Positions 17,661 to 25,656 of a DNA stretch of 32,000 bases are shown here, piece after piece (within the stretch, counting starts at the first letter, position 1; every line of letters begins with the position of its first letter). The notes beneath the pieces were generated by a model that saw nothing but the letters and a program-made list of their open reading frames with translations, was not told the DNA's origin and ran no database searches. Source of the DNA: Nitrososphaera viennensis EN76 (lineage in GTDB: Archaea; Thermoproteota; Nitrososphaeria; Nitrososphaerales; Nitrososphaeraceae); the NCBI RefSeq assembly GCF_000698785.1, contig NZ_CP007536.1:1620001-1652000 (forward strand), read 5' to 3'. Position numbers and translations under genes: made by a program.

Positions 17661-18062
17661 CTACTTCCATTCCCACGCCTTCTCGGTAGAGTTGCCCTCT
17701 GCATCCACATCGTATTCAAAGACCAGTACCGCGTTGTTGAGTGGGGCAAGCTTGCCTTGCGATGTGGTCTGGTAAAAAACTGCACCGCGCCAAGACATCC
17801 TGCCTCCCTGCCCGCTTTTACCAATCCCGCTGCCGGCCCACGAAGCCACTTCTCCGTCCCTTGACATTATCACTCCGTTTCCTTTTCCGATCATTGCGCC
17901 GCCAGGCTTGGGGACTGCCGTAAAGGTTCCTACCTCATCGACTGCAATATCCTTGTACTTCCCTTGGGACTCGAACGATATTTCCATCATTGGACCTTCT
18001 GCAGACAGCACTCTCTTTCCCGTGGTCTTTCCCTTTTGTTCAAACAATAGATCTCCTAGCAT
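17661..18062 (-). CDS. conserved-looking hypothetical protein, 133 aa, beta-rich, Gly-rich
   Basis: ATG start, clean ORF between the P450 and ferredoxin genes. I recognise no motif (…GKGNGVIMSRDGEVASWAGSGIGKSGQGGRMSWRGAVFYQT…WEWK). Confidence 0.6.
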   Translation of the reverse strand: MLGDLLFEQKGKTTGKRVLSAEGPMMEISFESQGKYKDIAVDEVGTFTAVPKPGGAMIGKGNGVIMSRDGEVASWAGSGIGKSGQGGRMSWRGAVFYQTTSQGKLAPLNNAVLVFEYDVDAEGNSTEKAWEWK

Positions 18063-18227
18063 CTTGTGCTCAACAAATGATACTCCTGCCTATTGTTAAA
18101 CAAGTATTATGACTTTTTCCAGCGGTATATTTCGGTACAATATTCTGTTTAAAGTTCTATTGCTAACTGAATCAGGTTATTCACTACAGTATATGACACT
18201 GTCAACAATTCGTCGTCGAAAGAATAA

Positions 18228-18247
18228 ACACACATACATACACATGT
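18228..18247. repeat. alternating purine-pyrimidine tract, 20 nt
   Basis: acacacatacatacacatgt is strictly alternating and lies about 65 nt beyond the ferredoxin stop. Confidence 0.85.
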
Positions 18248-18259
18248 CCAGCCGGTTTC

Positions 18260-18266
18260 AAAAAAA
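18260..18266 (-). terminator. oligo-T (T7) tract downstream of the ferredoxin gene
   Basis: The minus strand reads gctttttttg about 45 nt after the stop at 18312. Confidence 0.35.
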
Positions 18267-18311
18267 GCGGGGTGGTGGCGTGGGAGGGACAAAAAGATTG
18301 TTTTGTTGCTG

Positions 18312-18851
18312 TTAGTGTGCATGTGGCGGAGGTGCGCTACCTTTTGCCAGCTCCTCATTGAAGGTGCCCGCCGCCTTTTCATGGTACTCTAGGTTCGCCT
18401 GGTCGACCTTTACCGCCTGAGGAGGACATACCGAGACGCAGGCCATGCACCAGATGCAGTCGTGTTCCCTTATCGGATCCGACTTGTCGGTGTAATCCAT
18501 GCGCCCGTCTCTTGAATGATCTTCGCCTTTGCCAGAGGTGGTTGCGTTCTGCATCTCTGTCGCAGGCACGTCTTGCTCTGTTCTGTACCACTGGTAAACC
18601 TGTACGGGACACGCCTCTATGCAGGCGCCGTCGGCTATGCAAGAATCCCAGTCGATAGCGACCATGGTGCCGTGAACGCCTAGCGGGGCAATCTGCTCGC
18701 CTCTTGCCTCGTACGCTTTCTTGACCTCTTCGTTTTCCGCCGCTTCGGCTGCCCTTCCCGGCCCCCACACAAAATGAAAGTGCTCTCCGTCTGCATGCTT
18801 GTGCTTTCCTATCACCTGATGGTTTTTAGGAAACTCTGGGTCTATTGGCAT
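18312..18851 (-). CDS. zinc-type 7Fe ferredoxin ([3Fe-4S][4Fe-4S]), Sulfolobus zfx-like, with extra insertions
   Basis: CIADGACIEACP (CxxDxxCxxxCP, the 3Fe cluster type) and CIWCMACVSVCP (CxxCxxCxxxCP). The His-rich N-terminal extension IDPEFPKNHQVIGKHKHADGEHFHF, and LGVHGTMVAIDWDSC...CPVQVYQWY, parallel the Sulfolobus Zn-ferredoxin layout by recall. Confidence 0.88.
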   Translation of the reverse strand: MPIDPEFPKNHQVIGKHKHADGEHFHFVWGPGRAAEAAENEEVKKAYEARGEQIAPLGVHGTMVAIDWDSCIADGACIEACPVQVYQWYRTEQDVPATEMQNATTSGKGEDHSRDGRMDYTDKSDPIREHDCIWCMACVSVCPPQAVKVDQANLEYHEKAAGTFNEELAKGSAPPPHAH

Positions 18852-19131
18852 CTTGTACTCTAGGCCGCCAATTCTTTTAACTCTTTAGGAATCGTCTGCA
18901 ATTTATCCTAATATTATCTATAATTACATGATAGTTTTCATCAAGATAAAATAAACGTACAAAATAAATATAATAAAAGTGCGCCGTGAGCTCTCGCAAG
19001 CCAAGGACTCGCAAAATTTTTCCACATGGTTATGTGGCGGCAGCAATGGCATATGCAGGCACGCAAATTCCTTATTTGAGGAACAAAGTTACTCAGCGGT
19101 TATATCATTGACAGCCTGCTATTGACATTAA

Positions 19132-19314
19132 ATGCAAAAGCCCTTCGAGACAAGACCCTTGCTGCCGATAAAGTACAAACCGCCCCAGTATTGCGGAACC
19201 TGCTCAAAAGAAGCGACAACTGAAGCGTTATTCAAGTTGGAAAATTGCATAGTGATTCGGAGATATTGCGACAGCTGCGTGTCCACGGCTGAATACGAAA
19301 TCACTCCCTGCTAG
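19132..19314 (+). CDS. small Cys4 zinc-ribbon protein, family member 2 of 3
   Basis: MQKPFETRPLLPIKYKPPQYCGTCSKEATTEALFKLENCIVIRRYCDSCVSTAEYEITPC. A TATA-like gttatatcatt lies about 25-30 nt upstream of the ATG, a leaderless-type spacing. Confidence 0.7.
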   Translation: MQKPFETRPLLPIKYKPPQYCGTCSKEATTEALFKLENCIVIRRYCDSCVSTAEYEITPC

Positions 19315-19451
19315 AGAATGAAATAGAGCCGTCCGCGTGGCAGCAGGATGTACGGCGCTAGCCGCCGTTCTGATTCGCCAATCAAAATACATTATCATGT
19401 GCCTCTGCAGCCGGAAGCACTTTAATTTGATCAAATTTCTACGAGATCGAA

Positions 19452-19685
19452 TTGATTCCAATCGGCTTCATGTTTATCGAGTGTGTTGAAGGTAGCCAGG
19501 ATGAGCTATTGCAGAGGATAAAGGAGATTCCGGGAGTAGCATATGCTTACAAACTTGACAAGACGTACAATCTAGTCGTCAAGATAGAGTCGGATTCGGT
19601 CGAAAAATTCACGTTGGCGATAGCACAGATCAGGAAATCGGGAAATCTCTTGAACACTGATACAATGGTAGGTTTCAAGAGCTAG
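19452..19685 (+). CDS. stand-alone Lrp/AsnC ligand-binding (RAM) domain protein
   Basis: 77 aa. FMFIECVEGSQDELLQRIKEIPGVAYAYKLDKTYNLVVKIESDSVEKFTLAIAQIRKSGNLLNTDTMV fits the beta-alpha-beta-beta-alpha-beta RAM pattern. The start is TTG at 19452 or ATG at 19470. Confidence 0.7.
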   Translation: MIPIGFMFIECVEGSQDELLQRIKEIPGVAYAYKLDKTYNLVVKIESDSVEKFTLAIAQIRKSGNLLNTDTMVGFKS

Positions 19686-19868
19686 TGATAGTAGTAGTAA
19701 AATATGATCTCTTTCCGCAGGCCTGCGCAAGATCTTTTCATTCGTGTGCCTGCCAAGTCAAGACAGGATCAAGTTGCCATCACGTGTATCAACATAAAAA
19801 ATATGGGACACTCTTAAGTCTCATCAATGCGCAATATCTAGCTGCATCTTGCAGGTTGACAGAATTTT

Positions 19869-19988
19869 ATGGAAGAAGAAAAATTTCCTCCATGCGACAA
19901 TTGCGGCAACAATTCCGCAGAGATATTCCAGGCAGAGGGAAATTTCTGTCTTTTCTGCTGGCAGAAACTGACTGAAAGCAGGATATAG
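19869..19988 (+). CDS. 39-aa zinc-ribbon mini-protein (below the ORF-track cutoff)
   Basis: Manual translation: MEEEKFPPCDNCGNNSAEIFQAEGNFCLFCWQKLTESRI (CxxC...CxxC). It is in a different frame from the track ORF 19685-19975. Confidence 0.4.
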   Translation: MEEEKFPPCDNCGNNSAEIFQAEGNFCLFCWQKLTESRI

Positions 19989-20135
19989 TTTTTTCTGCTG
20001 TTGTGCCTAGTACATGCGGCTCTTTTGCCGCAAAGGACGGGATTTGCTTTGCGACATCGTGTACCTGCTGCATACGTACATGCATCCCGCCTTCTCCAAA
20101 TACGATATAGCTGTGTATGTGGTCTCTTGGTGGCG

Positions 20136-20384
20136 CTACTGCTGCTTCTTTTGAAAGCCGAAATAGCAGGAATAGCAATATTGCTTTCCATATATTACGC
20201 CCTGCGCGCCGCAGCCTGCACACTGCTTCTCGTGCTCTATGGTCGAATTGAGCGACTTTGCCTTTTGCAAGCACTTGCCACAGATGGGCGCTTCCAGGTG
20301 GTAGCTGGACAGAAAGCCTTCTCCACACTGACCGCATCTCAAACTATACATCTTGCCCTTTGGTTTCCAGCCAAATAGTCTCAT
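20136..20384 (-). CDS. multi-CxxC zinc-ribbon protein (cassette B, downstream gene)
   Basis: MRLFGWKPKGKMYSLRCGQCGEGF...ICGKC...QCAGCGAQGVIYGKQYCYSCYFGFQKKQQ has four CxxC pairs. An alternative ATG lies at 20351. A decayed copy of the C-terminal part is at 23079-23157. Confidence 0.65.
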   Translation of the reverse strand: MRLFGWKPKGKMYSLRCGQCGEGFLSSYHLEAPICGKCLQKAKSLNSTIEHEKQCAGCGAQGVIYGKQYCYSCYFGFQKKQQ

Positions 20385-20559
20385 GTCTAAAAGATGTCGG
20401 TACTGTATTGACGCTTCCTACTTAAAAATAAATGGTAACACAGTTCCTCGATAATCCTGTGCGTGCGTACAAGTGCAGATCCAGCCAATCCGGCTGTTCA
20501 AATGCCGCGATTTATTTGCGCGTTGCTGTGCGCCTCGTTTTATCAAAAAGATAGTTGAA

Positions 20560-20664
20560 TTATCCATCGATGTTGCAGTATCCGCAATCGCACCTGGATT
20601 CTCCAAACGCTTCGCACCTGCTTTCTTCCAAGATATACGATGCTGCCGCCTTTTCTTTTTCCAT
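20560..20664 (-). CDS. 34-aa acidic, 4-Cys micropeptide, copy B (below the ORF-track cutoff)
   Basis: Manual translation: MEKEKAAASYILEESRCEAFGESRCDCGYCNIDG. It is paralogous at DNA and protein level to 11319-11462, and has the same position upstream of a multi-CxxC gene. Confidence 0.45.
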   Translation of the reverse strand: MEKEKAAASYILEESRCEAFGESRCDCGYCNIDG

Positions 20665-20877
20665 GATACTGTTAGCCAGAATTCCGTTTAATTACTTGCT
20701 AGCATAAAGTTTTGAAATTTCAGATACAGGTTTGATTTGTCAGCAGCCGCCAGGCTAGCGTCGAACCGTTTATGATTACTTTAACCGCGTTTTGAATGGT
20801 AATAACCGGGAGCTAGGATCCTTAATCACTGATCCCTACATATTTTAGTCTGCAATGAACCTGTTTGAATCTATTTC

Positions 20878-21156
20878 ATGGATAGCCCTTGGCTTTGCGC
20901 CTACATTTGCAGCTATGGAAGCGGCATGGAGTATGGCCAAGTGGAGGCAGGCAAAGCTGCTTGGAGCAACGCAGGTGAGGCTGTAAGGGATATGGAACCT
21001 GTGGGCCTCGTATCTGTTGTACTTGGATCTGCAGTCCTGACGGCGATGGCAGCCTCGATAGCTGTTGATGGAATAAGAAGAAAATCGACAGGCAGGCAAG
21101 CTATTCATGCCATAGACAGCCGATGGAAAAAGCTAAAGGTAGAAATTCCTGCCTGA
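20878..21156 (+). CDS. possible small membrane protein
   Basis: The ORF has one hydrophobic segment (VGLVSVVLGSAVLTAMAASIAV). The true start may be an internal ATG (MEPVGL...). An overlapping antisense ORF exists, so coding status is uncertain. Confidence 0.3.
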   Translation: MDSPWLCAYICSYGSGMEYGQVEAGKAAWSNAGEAVRDMEPVGLVSVVLGSAVLTAMAASIAVDGIRRKSTGRQAIHAIDSRWKKLKVEIPA

Positions 21157-21201
21157 CAGCCACGCTCGATCTTTACAAAAAACAATACGCGGACTTGGCA
21201 G

Positions 21202-21230
21202 GCACACGCACATGCGTGCGTGTGTACATG
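21202..21230. repeat. alternating purine-pyrimidine tract, 29 nt
   Basis: gcacacgcacatgcgtgcgtgtgtacatg is strictly alternating and lies about 60 nt beyond the stop of 21290-21763. Confidence 0.9.
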
Positions 21231-21289
21231 ATGGCAGGAGAAATTATTTTTGGCCCCTTCCAATAAAAAATAATACGTCTGACGTCTGG

Positions 21290-21763
21290 TTAACTACTAC
21301 TATTATTATTGCTGCCGGACGGGCTTTCCTTCCAGCTTTGTTCTGCGCGTTGCTTTAGCGCCATGTTCATGCTTTCAAGCTGCTTGGCCAGCAGCGGGTG
21401 CAGGTTCCTCGCAATGAGCGAAACAATGTCTCCCCCAAACCGCGCAGTCTGAAGGAACGTCACACGGTTGTGCGCAAGAGGCTGTATTGTAAGCCGGTGC
21501 TCCACACCAAAGAGGTTTCCTCCGTTTTTTCCGCCCCAGGCTATTTCGCGCTCTGTCTCTGCGTCTAACACTACGAATTCGTCATGCACAATCTTTTCGT
21601 TGGCTAGCTTGATCTCCATTTCAAGTCTGGAGTTGATTTTTAGTTCGCCATTTATCTTCAGGATGAACGGGTTCCATTCAGGGTACTTTGGAAAATCTGC
21701 AATTATGTTCCATACTACAAACGCCGGAGCGTCAATGACGACAGTTGTGTGGAGTTCTTCCAC
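21290..21763 (-). CDS. SRPBCC (START/polyketide-cyclase-like) ligand-binding protein
   Basis: 157 aa, GTG start. TTVVIDAPAFVVWNIIADFPKYPEWNPFI... is a typical SRPBCC N-terminal pattern. It ends in a low-complexity tail, SGSNNNSSS. Confidence 0.8.
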   Translation of the reverse strand: MEELHTTVVIDAPAFVVWNIIADFPKYPEWNPFILKINGELKINSRLEMEIKLANEKIVHDEFVVLDAETEREIAWGGKNGGNLFGVEHRLTIQPLAHNRVTFLQTARFGGDIVSLIARNLHPLLAKQLESMNMALKQRAEQSWKESPSGSNNNSSS

Positions 21764-21806
21764 GACAAAATTAGATGGCCGTGATGCTATTAAATTAAAC
21801 TGAACA

Positions 21807-21830
21807 ATGTGCGCGTGTGTGCGTGCATGT
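21807..21830. repeat. alternating purine-pyrimidine tract, 24 nt
   Basis: atgtgcgcgtgtgtgcgtgcatgt is strictly alternating and lies 44 nt upstream of the SRPBCC start. That gene is therefore bracketed by two such tracts. Confidence 0.9.
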
Positions 21831-21989
21831 TAAACAAGGACTGCTTCATTATCACTACTACGAAAGACGACATCTTACACCTCTCAACAACATTCTTTTC
21901 TCATTCGCTAAAAATGTGCTAATTAGCTTGTACAGTAAAGTCCTACTAGGAGGTTAGAATTATCTCACCTAATCCTTAACATAGGAAAC

Positions 21990-22349
21990 ATGACTCCTGA
22001 AGATATGTTTGGTTGTGGGAAAGCGCATTTGCAATGCGGGGATAACCACTCGAAAGTTGGGTACAGCCTTATGATGATGATTCGCAATAATGACGTAGAT
22101 GAGGGAGTCACTGCTTTTAGCATATGGCTGAACTCGCGCGACAAGAGCCCTTCTGCACTCTTGATATCTCTTGAGAAATTGGTACCTGACCGTCTTGTAT
22201 TGTTACACGACCATGTTGTGCAAAAAGATGTTTCTGTCGAGGTCTCTGGTGGTGTCCCGTTCTGCATGGAATGCAACTCGAATGATTGTGCACATGTAGG
22301 CTTTGCCATCTGCGCAGAGCAGATGCACAAGCACTCGGCCCTGAAATAA
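21990..22349 (+). CDS. Cys/His-rich hypothetical protein with SWIM-like CxxC-x4-CxH motif
   Basis: 119 aa, ATG start. N-terminal GCGKAHLQCGDNH and C-terminal FCMECNSNDCAHVGFAICAE. Confidence 0.5.
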   Translation: MTPEDMFGCGKAHLQCGDNHSKVGYSLMMMIRNNDVDEGVTAFSIWLNSRDKSPSALLISLEKLVPDRLVLLHDHVVQKDVSVEVSGGVPFCMECNSNDCAHVGFAICAEQMHKHSALK

Positions 22350-22476
22350 CAGCACACTCCACATTTAACAACAAGCTCAATTCATTCTTGCTGTCTCATC
22401 GTGGACATCCTTCCATTTATGGTCACCAGTTTTCTTCGATCCTGTTTCTGGCAATCATAAATGCATGGCCATTCTC

Positions 22477-22608
22477 TTACATAATTTCTTTATCCAGAAA
22501 TGGTTCAAGTAGGTCATAGTCTTCAAGGCCAAAATAATCCATCAGTGCATCTACCTGGTCTCTGGTAAAGAACGGGTGCGCATATCTTTGCAAGAGCTCG
22601 TTTTCCAT
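22477..22608 (-). CDS. possible 43-aa acidic mini-protein
   Basis: Manual translation: MENELLQRYAHPFFTRDQVDALMDYFGLEDYDLLEPFLDKEIM. The only support is an intact ORF with natural-looking sequence. Confidence 0.25.
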   Translation of the reverse strand: MENELLQRYAHPFFTRDQVDALMDYFGLEDYDLLEPFLDKEIM

Positions 22609-22771
22609 ACAGCTCTATCGATGAGTAAGCTAGATCACCTGTGGGTCCAAAAAACTCAATATAGAGAATAGATGCATCATTTAATACTGGCACGCGACGC
22701 GTTCATGTGAGAGCCGTTGTTACGTGAGATAAAAGGAGCTTTCTAGGACGAATAATTAACAAACACTCGGG

Positions 22772-22921
22772 CTACACTGTGACATCAGGATGCATTCTTC
22801 TCCGGTGTTCTTCGGCGGCTTCGAATGTGACGAATCGCTGACTGCAAACATCGCATAGCTTTCCTTCCTTGATCTTTCGTTTGGCCATCACACGAGCAAA
22901 CGCCATACGGATGGAGGTCAT
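22772..22921 (-). CDS. 49-aa classical C2H2 zinc-finger mini-protein (below the ORF-track cutoff)
   Basis: Manual translation: MTSIRMAFARVMAKRKIKEGKLCDVCSQRFVTFEAAEEHRRRMHPDVTV. The spacing C-x2-C-x12-H-x4-H is the canonical C2H2 pattern. Confidence 0.55.
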   Translation of the reverse strand: MTSIRMAFARVMAKRKIKEGKLCDVCSQRFVTFEAAEEHRRRMHPDVTV

Positions 22922-23078
22922 TATTCCAAAGATACGTATCACATTATCAAATTAGAAACCTGTTATTAAAAAGACTTTAGAACAAATTCTCGGATGACAC
23001 AGGTTTGATGCAAGATATTATAGGAGTTGATCGGTCGTGGGCAGAAGGGCTCATGAGTTGTGTATTACACTAGTGTTA

Positions 23079-23260
23079 CTATTGCTGCTCCTTGTTTCTA
23101 AATCCAAAGTAGCAGGAATAGCAATGCTGCTTTCCATATAATCACACCCTGCGCGCCTTTATTGGATTGATTGGTCCGCTAGAGGGAAAGTTTCTTGCAG
23201 ACTTTTGTGGGATTGTACAATCAGACCTTGACCTCAACGATTCTGCAATCTATTCAAAGA
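23079..23260 (-). pseudogene. decayed paralog fragment of the 20136-20384 zinc-ribbon gene
   Basis: 23079-23157 aligns with 20136-20210. Shared blocks include the identical 16-mer tagcaggaatagcaat (23110-23125 and 20164-20179), gctttccatata and ccctgcgcgcc. It would encode YGKQHCYSCYFGFRNKEQQ* but has a TGA two codons upstream. Only weak similarity and more stops lie further up. Confidence 0.5.
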
Positions 23261-23364
23261 CTGGCAACTTTGCAAAAAATATCACGGTAGTGAGTCGTGC
23301 CTAAGAGGAGCTTACTGACAGACCTCTCATAGTCAGATAGAAAGAGAATGGCAAGGAGAGTGTT

Positions 23365-23562
23365 TTATGCATAGCCGTCTTGCTTTTTGATAATGAGATA
23401 GAGCAAGCCCTTTAGCAGCTCCCGGGCTTGCTCATCGTCCATGAATTTCAGAAACCCGGGAGCTACGCCCAACTCGATCAACTTGTGACGGTCGTACATC
23501 GAGCCATCCTTTTCTGCCAGTACTTTTGCAGATACGTTGTTTTCACTATCTACTAATGACAT
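23365..23562 (-). CDS. hypothetical 65-aa protein
   Basis: Intact ATG-initiated ORF (MSLVDSENNVSAKVLAEKDGSMYDRHKLIELGVAPGFLKFMDDEQARELLKGLLYLIIKKQDGYA). No recognised motif. Confidence 0.4.
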   Translation of the reverse strand: MSLVDSENNVSAKVLAEKDGSMYDRHKLIELGVAPGFLKFMDDEQARELLKGLLYLIIKKQDGYA

Positions 23563-23812
23563 ATTTCCAGTATCTGCTTATAAGCGTAAAGAATAGCTGA
23601 ATCTAGCAGCAAAAAGGGGTATCAATCACGTCTATCTATGCCTTTATCGAATCATTTTCTGTGCACTTAGCGCATGATTTCTCTATATGATAAGCATCTG
23701 ACACATAGTTACATTATTATTAGATTTTGTGACTTATTGCATCATATGCACGCGATGAAGACAAAGGTTGGAAAAGTTACAAGGAGTAAGGAAGGGAGAG
23801 AGGAGGGGAAGG

Positions 23813-24163
23813 ATGCCAATGAAATTTAGAAGTAGGGCAGACATAGCAGCAGAGATGCTTGAAGTGGCGAAAAATGGTGAGAAAAAGACCAGAATAATGT
23901 ACGGATCGCATACTTCAGTTAAACAACTCAATACATACCTAGACCTTCTCATTGAAAATGAAATGTTAGAGTATCTTCCCGAGAAGAGGATCTACCGAAC
24001 GACTGAAAAGGGCATCCTCTTTCTTGACAGCTACCAAAAAGCTTGGGGCATCCTCTTTCGTGCAAGAAACAAGAAACACCTACTGCAACACCAACAGGAC
24101 GAGAAGGGGGCGGCAGCGGCTCCAGTCGTCAGCAGCGATAATAGCGCTCCCATCATTGCCTAG
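23813..24163 (+). CDS. archaeal winged-helix DNA-binding protein (HTH_45-like)
   Basis: The ATG at 23813 follows a purine-rich ggaggggaagg. RSRADIAAEMLEVAKNGEKKTRIMYGSHTSVKQLNTYLDLLIENEMLEY...YRTTEKGILFL fits the small archaeal wHTH family pattern. Confidence 0.75.
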   Translation: MPMKFRSRADIAAEMLEVAKNGEKKTRIMYGSHTSVKQLNTYLDLLIENEMLEYLPEKRIYRTTEKGILFLDSYQKAWGILFRARNKKHLLQHQQDEKGAAAAPVVSSDNSAPIIA

Positions 24164-24170
24164 CAAGTGC

Positions 24171-24176
24171 TTTTTT
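24171..24176 (+). terminator. oligo-T (T6) tract after the wHTH gene
   Basis: gcttttttg lies 8 nt after the TAG at 24161-24163. Confidence 0.35.
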
Positions 24177-24486
24177 GAAAAATGGCAAGGCATCAAGACC
24201 CTATGAACTAGAATGAATGAAGCAGCGGCCGCCTTGCCGGCCAAAGCAGCCGGGCGTATCGGGGAGAATGCTGACTTGCACAGGCATATGTTCGGTCACG
24301 CCTGACAGAAATACAGGCGAGCCAGTGCTGCACAGCGTGAAGAAACTGAGCTCCTCCCTGACGTCCTGTAACTAGGGGTCCCCATGCATTGGCTCCCTAC
24401 CGTTCAACACCATCATATTTTATCTCATCACAGACGTAGGTAAGGAAAACTGACTAGCTGCAGAATAATCATCTAGAGCATACTTT

Positions 24487-24924
24487 TCAAATAGGATAAC
24501 CAAATCTTCTCAATTCAGATAGTATTTTTTCTGCGCTCTTGTATTGGTCTTCGTTCTCTGTTTCCACGATGACCTCGGGTTTTTCTGGTTCTTCGTAGGG
24601 ATCCTTGGATAGATCTCCATCTTTATGATGGGGTTATCATTGTACAAGATGGCATTGTCTTCAATACGATAAGAGTGCCCCTTTTTTCTCCAAGTATTTG
24701 CCAATTTCTTCCATCGTCGGCTTGACGACGTCTACTTTTATCCGTTCGAATCTTGCCAAGAATTCTTGTACTTGTTCCTCATTGACTGCAGCTGCATATT
24801 GCTTCTCTGCTTCAGCAGTAGTACCATACGAATCCAAGATCGCATCCAATTCGTGTGCAATACTACTACCGCTGCTGCCACCATCAGCAGCATCATTGTT
24901 ATTGTCGTCGTCATTTCCAGCCAT
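24487..24924 (-). pseudogene. hypothetical acidic protein broken by two frameshifts
   Basis: ORF 24661-24924 (...MEEIGKYLEKKG) continues as HSYRIEDNAILYNDNPIIKMEIY in the frame of ORF 24510-24704, with the shift in the A6G4 tract at 24678-24687. A third frame then reads DPYEEPEKPEVIVETENEDQYKSAEKILSELRRFGYPI* ending at 24487, with the shift near 24595-24612. Confidence 0.55.
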
Positions 24925-25029
24925 TAGTTACTTACTATGCAAAGCATCCTTTATAGCTCTTGTTCGTAAATAGAAAAGTGATGAAGAAATCAGGTAGAAT
25001 GCTCTCGCTTCTATCCTGCGATTACAGTT

Positions 25030-25656
25030 CTACACAGTGTCGTGAACGATGGCTCCAAGCCTTATTATAGTGTGTTCACCATCAATCAGTTTCGGGATTT
25101 CAGGGCAGCCAGCGTCTTTGAGCATAATCATCGATGCCACAGTATCAACCTCATCTGCAGTAACGCTTGCTTTTGAGCTGTTAACATTAATGGTCATTGA
25201 TTTTTCACCTAGTGCCACGCCGCCTTCTGCAGTCGAGAGACCATCGATGAAGGCTTCGACGCAGTATGTGGACGTAGTGGTGCCTTTGCCAAGAACTACA
25301 GGATGCATGTGCCAGTGGTCAGGATTCTTTGTTGAATCTCTAAAATTTGGATGGATAGTAGCTGCAAGCCCCTTTCCGGTGTTTGTATCGACCCATCCGT
25401 ACGCATATACTAAATTCGATTTGATGAATGCGTCTGGCTGTTGTGGTATTTTTGCTTCAGTATATACAGTCGACTTCAACAACTTGGGTTCCTGTGCTTT
25501 GGTTACTGAGACTAGGTTCGCGTAGTTTGGAAATCCATTATACGCTTCTGATATTATAGGGGTGGTCATCAATGCCGCAGCGGCTATTGCTGCAACAAAA
25601 GACATTGCAACCCCTGAGAACAGCAGCTTTTTTCTGCGATTGTTGCTCGAGTGCAT
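25030..25656 (-). CDS. secreted or membrane-anchored hypothetical protein
   Basis: 208 aa, ATG start. N-terminal RRKKLLFSGVAMSFVAAIAAAALM signal/anchor. No recognised domain. Confidence 0.7.
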   Translation of the reverse strand: MHSSNNRRKKLLFSGVAMSFVAAIAAAALMTTPIISEAYNGFPNYANLVSVTKAQEPKLLKSTVYTEAKIPQQPDAFIKSNLVYAYGWVDTNTGKGLAATIHPNFRDSTKNPDHWHMHPVVLGKGTTTSTYCVEAFIDGLSTAEGGVALGEKSMTINVNSSKASVTADEVDTVASMIMLKDAGCPEIPKLIDGEHTIIRLGAIVHDTV

